Assembly: GCF_020541245.1 (NCBI RefSeq)
Contig: NZ_CP045876.1
Location: 240,001 to 272,000, forward strand
DNA length: 32,000 nucleotides
Direction of reading: 5' to 3'
Origin: Candidatus Annandia pinicola
Lineage (GTDB): Bacteria; Pseudomonadota; Gammaproteobacteria; Enterobacterales; Enterobacteriaceae_A
The notes beneath the pieces were generated by a model. That model ran no database searches. It saw only the letters and a list, made by a program, of their open reading frames with translations, and had not been told where the DNA came from. Position numbers and translations under genes: made by a program. Below are positions 1-7,035 of the stretch, in pieces (the stretch's first letter is position 1; every line of letters begins with the position of its first letter).

Positions 1-545
1 TATTAAATTATAGGTATATTAAAGAAAAAGTTATGGTAATAGGTATGATATTATTTTTAAAATTTATTAATACTAAAAAAAAAAAAAAAATTTGTATATG
101 TGTATTAAATGATAACAATAATCAAATAGAAATAATATTATTTTCAAATTTAGTTAATAAATATAATGATATTTTATTAAAAAACAATATTATAATTGTT
201 AAAGGAATTATACAACATGATATATTTAAAAATAGAAATAAAATAATAGCATATAATTTAATTAATATTAATAGTTTAAAAAAATATAAATTGTTTTCTT
301 TAAATTTATATTTTATGAAATATCATATTAACAATATTTTTATTAAAAAAATATATAAATTATTAAATTTATGTTCATATGGATTAATAAAAGTTAATTT
401 ATTTTATAAAAAAAATAAAAAAATTGTAAAATTATTAAATAATAATTTTATTTATATTAAGTTTGATTTTAATTTTATTAAAAAAATACGTTTATTGTTT
501 GGATTAAATAAAATTAAATTTAATTTTATATCAAAAAAAAAATAA
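1..545 (+). CDS. dnaE: DNA polymerase III alpha subunit, C-terminal fragment (5' end lies outside the window)
   Basis: Frame 3 is open from base 3. The translation ICICVLNDNNNQIEIILFSNLVNKYNDILLKNNIIIVKG aligns with the E. coli DnaE OB-fold/C-terminal block [39 protein letters not shown]. The stop is TAA at 543-545. The ATG at 33 in the ORF track is internal. Confidence 0.85.
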   Translation, partial: LNYRYIKEKVMVIGMILFLKFINTKKKKKICICVLNDNNNQIEIILFSNLVNKYNDILLKNNIIIVKGIIQHDIFKNRNKIIAYNLININSLKKYKLFSLNLYFMKYHINNIFIKKIYKLLNLCSYGLIKVNLFYKKNKKIVKLLNNNFIYIKFDFNFIKKIRLLFGLNKIKFNFISKKK

Positions 546-661
546 TTAATATTTTATTGATAAAAAATTTAAAAAAACAAATATAATTAAATATTAAATA
601 TAATAAAAATTTTTAAATTATATTAATAAACACAAAATATTATAAAAATAATTAAAAAAAT

Positions 662-1573
662 ATGATTTATAATAATAAAAATTTTTTAATTGCATATAGT
701 GGTGGTATAGATTCTACTTTTTTACTTTATAAATTTGCAAATTTAAGAAAATATTATAATATTAATATTAGAGCAATTTATATAAATCATAAATTACATA
801 GTAATTCTGATATTTGGATTTATCATTGTAAAGAACAATGTGATATTTGGAGAATACCTTTAATAATTGAAAAAATAAATATAATTGATATTAATAGTAA
901 TATTGAAAATAATGCTAGAAAATTAAGATATAAAGCTATAAAAAAACATATATTACCAAATGAAATTTTATTAACAGCACATCATATGGATGATCAATGT
1001 GAAACCTTTATATTATCATTAAAACGTGGTAGTGGTCCACAAGGTTTATCTTCTATAAGATTTAAAAGAAACTTTTTTAATACAAAAATAATAAGACCTT
1101 TATTAAATTATACTAAAAAAAAAATTAAAATATTATCTAAAAAAAATGATTTAACTTGGATAGATGATTCTAGTAATTTAAATAATAATTTTGACAGAAA
1201 TTTTTTGAGAAATAAAATATTACCATTAATAAATAAAAAATGGCCTTTTTTTACTAAAAATGTTAATAAAAGCGCAAAATTATGTAATGATCAAGAAAAT
1301 CTATTAAATAGATTATCTGCTAATGATTTTAATAGAATATCTTTAAAAAAAAATATGTTAAATATTTATAATTTAAAAAAAAAAAATAAAAAATATTCTT
1401 TTTATTTATTAAAAAAATGGATTCAAAATAATACTAATTTTATTCCATCATATAAAATAATTAAAAGTATTTATAAAGAAATAATTAACCCTAATTTAAA
1501 TACTAATCCAAAATTTATTATTAATAAACATATAATAAAAAAATATAAAAATAATATTTATATTATAATTTAA
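662..1573 (+). CDS. tilS: tRNA(Ile)-lysidine synthase, short form lacking the C-terminal domain
   Basis: 303-aa ORF. It has the PP-loop motif SGGIDS (LIAYSGGIDSTFLLYKF). The blocks HHMDDQCETFILSLKRGSGPQGL and WIDDSSNLNNNFDRNFLRNKILP are collinear with E. coli TilS. The ORF ends near the equivalent of E. coli residue ~310 of 432. Confidence 0.9.
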   Translation: MIYNNKNFLIAYSGGIDSTFLLYKFANLRKYYNINIRAIYINHKLHSNSDIWIYHCKEQCDIWRIPLIIEKINIIDINSNIENNARKLRYKAIKKHILPNEILLTAHHMDDQCETFILSLKRGSGPQGLSSIRFKRNFFNTKIIRPLLNYTKKKIKILSKKNDLTWIDDSSNLNNNFDRNFLRNKILPLINKKWPFFTKNVNKSAKLCNDQENLLNRLSANDFNRISLKKNMLNIYNLKKKNKKYSFYLLKKWIQNNTNFIPSYKIIKSIYKEIINPNLNTNPKFIINKHIIKKYKNNIYIII

Positions 1574-1578
1574 AATAT

Positions 1579-3285
1579 TTATATATTTAAAAAAAAATTT
1601 AAAATATCTTTAATATAAATTATTTTTTTTTCATTACTAATTCTATTTATATATTCAATTTTTTTTTTTTTTATATTATAATTATTTATTATTATAATAT
1701 AAGGTATACCTATCAATTTAATATCTTTTATCATAACCATAGGACTTTCTTTTCTATCATCAAATATAACTTCTAATTTATATTTTTTTAATAAAATATA
1801 TAATAATTTTGATATTTTTTTTACTTTAGAATAATTATGCATATTTATAGGTATTATAGCAATTTTAAATGGTGATATAGAAATTGGCCATATAATTCCA
1901 TCTTTGTCATAGTTTTGTTCGATAATAGCAGATATTATACGTGTAACACCTATACCGTAACAACCCATAATTAAATTTTCTTTTTTTCCTAATTTATTTT
2001 GAAAATTACTTTTCATTATTTTAGAATATTTATTGCCTAACATAAATATATGTCCTATTTCTATACTATTTTTTATATAAATAATTTCTTTATTATCCAA
2101 ATGTATATCTCCTTCAACTACATTTCTAATATTTTTAAAAATAGGTAAAGGTAAATCTCTTTTCCAATTAATGCCTATTAAAAATTTATTTTTAATATTA
2201 GAACCAGATATAAAGTCATTAATTTTTAAAAGAGTAAAATCTGCTATAATAGGTATTTTTAATCCTAAGGGTCCTAAAAATATTGATTTAACACCTAAAT
2301 AATTATATATTTCTTCATCATTTAAAATATATAATGGTGAAAATATACTATTAATTTTTTCTGTTTTTATTATATTTAAACTATGATCACTTCTTATTAA
2401 TATTGCTATTAAAGGTTTTTTTTTTTTAGAACCTTTAACAATAAAAATTTTTATTATTTTTTTAATTGATACATTAATTTTATAAGATAATTCATTAATA
2501 TTTTTAATATTATTAGTATATATATATGAAATATTTGTAAAAGGTAAACTATATTTATTTATATTTCTTATAGAATCAGTTAATTCAATACTAGAAACAT
2601 AATTTGAAGGTTTTGTTATAACAATTTTATTATCACCATTTTTTGAAAAAGCTTGAAATTCATGAGATATATTACCACCTATATTTCCTGTGCTTGCTTT
2701 AGTTTTAGTAAATTTCAAACCAATAAAATTAAATATTTTTTTATAAGTTTTATGCATTAAATAATATGTACTTTTTAAAGATTTATAATTATTATGAAAA
2801 GAATAACTATCTTTCATAATAAATTCTCTTAATCTTATAGTTCCTGATTTAGGTCTTATTTCATCTCTAAATTTTGTTTGGATTTGATATAAATGTATTG
2901 GTAATGATTTATAAGATTTAATTTCATTTTTAATTAAATGAGTAATTGTTTCTTCATTTGTAGGACTTAATATAAAAGATCTATTATTTCTATCTTTAAA
3001 TTTTATTAATTCATCACCATAATTATTTAATCTACCGCTTTTTTTCCATATATCAGAAGGTTGCATTATAGGTATTAAAATTTCTAGCGCTCCTATTTTA
3101 TTCATTTCTTCATGTATAATATTTTTTATTTTTTTTAATACAAGTAATCCTGTAGGAAGCCATGTGTATAACCCTGACGCTAATTGACGTATTAAACCAG
3201 CTTTAATCATTAATTTATGGCTAACAGTATATGTATGGGAAGGAATTTCTTTTAAAGTTGATATTAAATATTTAGTAATAAACAT
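1579..3285 (-). CDS. proS: Prolyl-tRNA synthetase
   Basis: 568 aa, close to the E. coli length. Conserved blocks are ASGLYTWLPTG, YQIQTKFRDEIRP, GCYGIGVTR and IEQNYD. A strong SD (AAGGAG) sits 6 nt upstream of the ATG on the minus strand (3292-3297). Confidence 0.95.
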   Translation of the reverse strand: MFITKYLISTLKEIPSHTYTVSHKLMIKAGLIRQLASGLYTWLPTGLLVLKKIKNIIHEEMNKIGALEILIPIMQPSDIWKKSGRLNNYGDELIKFKDRNNRSFILSPTNEETITHLIKNEIKSYKSLPIHLYQIQTKFRDEIRPKSGTIRLREFIMKDSYSFHNNYKSLKSTYYLMHKTYKKIFNFIGLKFTKTKASTGNIGGNISHEFQAFSKNGDNKIVITKPSNYVSSIELTDSIRNINKYSLPFTNISYIYTNNIKNINELSYKINVSIKKIIKIFIVKGSKKKKPLIAILIRSDHSLNIIKTEKINSIFSPLYILNDEEIYNYLGVKSIFLGPLGLKIPIIADFTLLKINDFISGSNIKNKFLIGINWKRDLPLPIFKNIRNVVEGDIHLDNKEIIYIKNSIEIGHIFMLGNKYSKIMKSNFQNKLGKKENLIMGCYGIGVTRIISAIIEQNYDKDGIIWPISISPFKIAIIPINMHNYSKVKKISKLLYILLKKYKLEVIFDDRKESPMVMIKDIKLIGIPYIIIINNYNIKKKKIEYINRISNEKKIIYIKDILNFFLNI

Positions 3286-3334
3286 ATTTAACTCCTTAAA
3301 TATAATTAAATTATAATTATTAATAAGAAAAAAA

Positions 3335-4270
3335 ATGACATTAAATAAACATATACCAGTTTTATTAAATGAAACTATTAAATCTTTAGATATTAAAAGT
3401 AATGGATTTTATATAGATTGTACTTTTGGTCAAGGAGGTCATTCTAAATTAATATTATCAAAATTAGGAATTAATGGTAAACTATATGCAATAGACTGTG
3501 ATTATAATTCTATTAAAATTGCTTCTCTTATAAAAGATAATAGAATAAAAGTTATACATGGATCTTTTGCGAATGTTGAAAAATATATTGAAAAATATAA
3601 TATATTTGGTAAAATAAATGGTATTTTATTGGATTTAGGTGTTTCTACATTACAATTAAATGATTATAAAAGAGGTTTTTCTTTTATGAAAAATGGATTG
3701 TTAGATATGAGAATGGATAACACTATTGGAATTCCTTTATATAAAATATTAAATAAAATTAATATTAATAAATTATCTTTAATATTAAAAAAATATGGTG
3801 AAGAAAAATTTTGTTATCGTATAGCAAAAGAAATTGGTGTTTATAGAAAAAAAAAAAAAATTAAAAAAACTTTTGATTTATTAAAAATATTATATAAATC
3901 AATACCAAATAAAAACAATTTTAAACATTATGCTACTAAAAGTTTTCAAGCATTAAGAATATTTATAAATGACGAGTTAAAAAATATTAAAAAAATATTA
4001 AAATTATCATTATCCTTGTTATCTTTAAACGGACGTTTATCTGTAATTAGTTTTAATTCTTTAGAAGATAGAATAGTTAAAAGATTTATGAATAAATATA
4101 GTTCAAAAATAAATATACCTAAAGGATTACCAATTAGTGAAGAACAAATTAAAAAAAAAAGTATTATAAAGTTTAAAATTTTTAAAAAAATTATTCCATC
4201 ATATAATGAAATAACAAATAATATTAAATCTAGAAGCGCAATACTTCGTGTTGCTAAAAAAATTAATTAA
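3335..4270 (+). CDS. rsmH: 16S rRNA m4C1402 methyltransferase (MraW/RsmH)
   Basis: 311 aa. It carries the MraW family blocks HIPVLLNE, DCTFGQGGHS, LLDLGVSTLQLND, RGFSF and DMRMD, plus the C-terminal NIKSRSAILRVAKK. Confidence 0.92.
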   Translation: MTLNKHIPVLLNETIKSLDIKSNGFYIDCTFGQGGHSKLILSKLGINGKLYAIDCDYNSIKIASLIKDNRIKVIHGSFANVEKYIEKYNIFGKINGILLDLGVSTLQLNDYKRGFSFMKNGLLDMRMDNTIGIPLYKILNKININKLSLILKKYGEEKFCYRIAKEIGVYRKKKKIKKTFDLLKILYKSIPNKNNFKHYATKSFQALRIFINDELKNIKKILKLSLSLLSLNGRLSVISFNSLEDRIVKRFMNKYSSKINIPKGLPISEEQIKKKSIIKFKIFKKIIPSYNEITNNIKSRSAILRVAKKIN

Positions 4271-4281
4271 TTTATTTTATA

Positions 4282-4318
4282 AATTAAAATAAATATATAA
4301 AATATATTTATTTTAATT
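4282..4318. repeat. Perfect 17-bp inverted repeat with a 3-nt spacer, all A/T, in the rsmH-secA spacer
   Basis: 4282-4298 (aattaaaataaatatat) is the exact reverse complement of 4302-4318 (atatatttattttaatt). I checked this base by base. The loop is aaa at 4299-4301. Confidence 0.8.
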
Positions 4319-4339
4319 AATATAGAGATATTATTTAAT

Positions 4340-6937
4340 ATGTTTAAAAAACTATTTATAAAATTTTTTTATAGTAGAAATACTATTGTAATAAATAAAT
4401 TAAAAAAAATTGTAGTTAATATTAATAATTTAGGAAAATATTTTTCAAAATTATCTGATAAAGAATTAAAAAAAAAAACTAAAAAATTTCGTATTATGTT
4501 AAATCAAAAAATTAATTTAAATAAATTAATACCAGAATCATTTGCTTTAGTTAAAGAAGCTTGTAAAAGAGTATTTAATATAAATTATTTTGATGTTCAA
4601 TTGATTGGTGGTATAATATTACATAAAGGTAATATAGCAGAAATATGTACGGGGGAAGGAAAAACTTTAATTTCTATATTACCAATTTATTTGAATTCTT
4701 TATTAAAAAAAGGTGTTCATGTAATAACAACTAATGAATATTTAGCAAAACGTGATTTAAAAAATAATAAACCTTTATTTGATTTTTTAGATATTAAAAT
4801 TGGTATTAATTTAAAAGGAATGGATTATCAAGAAAAAACAAAAGTATATAAATATGATGTAACATATGGTACTAGTAGTGAATTTTGTTTTGATTATTTA
4901 CGAGATAATATGTTATTTAATTTAAAAAAAAAAGTACAACGTAAATTAAATTATGTATTAATTGATGAAGTTGATTCTGTTTTAATAGATAATGGTAAAA
5001 ATCCATTAATTATATCTAGTATTGAAAATAAAAAATTAAAAATATATTCTGAAATAAACAAAATAGTTAAATTATTAAAAAATAATAGTAAATGTTATTA
5101 TTTAAATAAAAATGAAGGTCAATTATATTTAAAAAAATATGGTTTAATAGCTATAGAAAAAATTTTAATTAAAAATAAAATTATTAAAAAAAATAAATTA
5201 TATTTAAGAACACACATTTTATTTATAAACCATATTGTGCTTTCATTAAAATCTCATTTATTATTTAAAAAGAATATAGATTATATTGTAAAAAAAAAAA
5301 AAATAATTATTATAGATAAAAATACTGGTAGATTAATGTATGGAAAAAAATGGTCAGATGGTTTACATCAAGCAATAGAATCTAAAGAAAATTTAAAAGT
5401 TAATAGTGAAAATGAAATATTTAATTCAATTACTATTCAAAATTATTTTTGTTTATATAAAAAAATTTCAGGTATGACAGGAACTGCAATAACCGAATCT
5501 GAGGAATTTTATTCTATTTATAATTTAGAAACATTTTTAATACCTACACATTTTCCTATAATACGTAAAGATTTACCAGATTTACTATATATTACTAAAG
5601 AAGAAAAATATAATTCTATTGTCTTAGATATTAAAAAAAGAATAAAAAAAATGCAACCTATTTTAGTTGGTACTATATCAATAGAAGAATCAGAATTAAT
5701 TTCAAAAATATTAAATAAAGAAAAAATTAAACATCAAGTTTTAAATGCTAAATTTCATTCTAAAGAAGCTCATATAATATCAAAAGCCGGAAAACCTTGT
5801 TGTGTTACAATATCAACTAATATGGCAGGAAGAGGAACAGATATTGTATTAGGCGGTAATCTAAAAAATAAAATAATAAAATCAAATATTTTATATAATG
5901 AAGAAATAATTAAAATAAAAAATAAATGGAAAAAAAATAATAAAATAGTTTTATTATCTGGAGGTTTACATGTAATTGGTGTTAGTCATTATGAATCTAA
6001 ACGTATTGATAATCAATTAAGAGGTAGATCAGGAAGACAAGGTGATCCAGGATCTTCACGTTTTTATGTTTCATTGGAAGATCAATTAATAAATATTTTT
6101 ATATCTAAAAATATTATTAATATTTTAAAAAAAATTAATATAAAATATGGAAAACCTATAGAACATAATTTTATTAATAAAATTATATTAAATGCTCAAA
6201 ATAAAATAGAATCAAATAATTTTAATATTAGAAAAAATTTATTTAAGTATGATAATATAATTAATATTCAACGTAATATAATATATTATCAAAGAAATAA
6301 AATATTAAATATTAATAATATAGATTTTTTAGTTAAAAATTTATTTGAAGAAATTTTATCTAAAATTGTTGATAAATATATAATAAATAGTTTATTTTTT
6401 AAATCATTTGAAATAGATAAATTATGTAATATTTTATATTCTGATTTTAATTTAAAAATACCTATTTTAGGTAATTTAAAAAAAATAAAAAAAAATAAAT
6501 TATTTATTAAAAAAATAATAATACAAGAATCTATAAAATTATATTTATATAGAAGTAATAAAATTGATAATAATATTATGAATAATATAGAAAAAAATAT
6601 TATTTTAAAAAACATAGATTTATTTTGGAAAAATCATCTAATTAACTTACAAATTTTAAAAAAAAGTGTTAATTTAAAATTTTATAATCAACAAAATCCT
6701 ATTCAAGAATATAAAATTGAATCATATAAATTATTTATTAATATGATAGAATCTTTAAAATATAAAATTTTAAGTAATCTTAATATTATTCAAACTAAAA
6801 TATTAAATGAAAATATTTTAATAAAAAATAAAAAAATATATTTAAATAATAGTTTATTTAAATCAAGATTATATTCAAAATATAATTTATCATATTTTAT
6901 TAATAATATTAAAAATATTTTTTTTAGAAAAAAATAA
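4340..6937 (+). CDS. secA: Preprotein translocase ATPase SecA
   Basis: 865 aa and collinear with E. coli SecA. Matching blocks include Walker A CTGEGKTL, DEVDSVLID, TNMAGRGTDI and RIDNQLRGRSGRQGDPGSSRFY. There is no Cys-rich C-terminal tail. Confidence 0.95.
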   Translation: MFKKLFIKFFYSRNTIVINKLKKIVVNINNLGKYFSKLSDKELKKKTKKFRIMLNQKINLNKLIPESFALVKEACKRVFNINYFDVQLIGGIILHKGNIAEICTGEGKTLISILPIYLNSLLKKGVHVITTNEYLAKRDLKNNKPLFDFLDIKIGINLKGMDYQEKTKVYKYDVTYGTSSEFCFDYLRDNMLFNLKKKVQRKLNYVLIDEVDSVLIDNGKNPLIISSIENKKLKIYSEINKIVKLLKNNSKCYYLNKNEGQLYLKKYGLIAIEKILIKNKIIKKNKLYLRTHILFINHIVLSLKSHLLFKKNIDYIVKKKKIIIIDKNTGRLMYGKKWSDGLHQAIESKENLKVNSENEIFNSITIQNYFCLYKKISGMTGTAITESEEFYSIYNLETFLIPTHFPIIRKDLPDLLYITKEEKYNSIVLDIKKRIKKMQPILVGTISIEESELISKILNKEKIKHQVLNAKFHSKEAHIISKAGKPCCVTISTNMAGRGTDIVLGGNLKNKIIKSNILYNEEIIKIKNKWKKNNKIVLLSGGLHVIGVSHYESKRIDNQLRGRSGRQGDPGSSRFYVSLEDQLINIFISKNIINILKKINIKYGKPIEHNFINKIILNAQNKIESNNFNIRKNLFKYDNIINIQRNIIYYQRNKILNINNIDFLVKNLFEEILSKIVDKYIINSLFFKSFEIDKLCNILYSDFNLKIPILGNLKKIKKNKLFIKKIIIQESIKLYLYRSNKIDNNIMNNIEKNIILKNIDLFWKNHLINLQILKKSVNLKFYNQQNPIQEYKIESYKLFINMIESLKYKILSNLNIIQTKILNENILIKNKKIYLNNSLFKSRLYSKYNLSYFINNIKNIFFRKK

Positions 6938-6942
6938 ATAAC

Positions 6943-6970
6943 TTGACTATTTTTAATTTTTCTGTATCAA
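6943..6970 (+). promoter_or_regulatory. Candidate sigma-70 promoter for aceE-aceF-lpdA
   Basis: TTGACT (6943-6948), a 16-nt spacer, then TATCAA (6965-6970), about 65 nt upstream of the aceE ATG. In DNA this AT-rich such matches arise easily, so support is weak. Confidence 0.25.
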
Positions 6971-7035
6971 TTATATATAACATTTACAAATTAATATAAT
7001 TTTTTTTTTAATAAAAACTTATAAAGGAAAATAAT

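Noticed and set aside
33-545. A stand-alone 170-aa ORF starting at the ATG at 33.
   Set aside because: The frame is open back to the window edge and the sequence is the C-terminus of DnaE. The ATG is an internal Met, not a start.
557-587. TTGATA … TATAAT promoter-like pair upstream of tilS.
   Set aside because: The spacer is 19 nt, and equivalent hexamer pairs occur all over this AT-rich sequence. The match is not distinguishable from background.
6289-6615. 108-aa minus-strand ORF inside secA. The analogous ORFs in the track are 10340-10615 (in aceF), 13152-13346 (in gapA), 14337-14636 (in dnaG), 19168-19551 (in typA), 23651-23896 (in rho), 24146-24328 (over trxA/ilvC) and 24819-25025 (in ilvC).
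   Set aside because: All lie antisense to and wholly or largely within well-supported conserved genes. Their products are low-complexity I/L/F/K strings, and they have no SD or recognisable motif. Antisense open frames are expected when the sense strand is dominated by AAA, AAT, ATT and similar codons.
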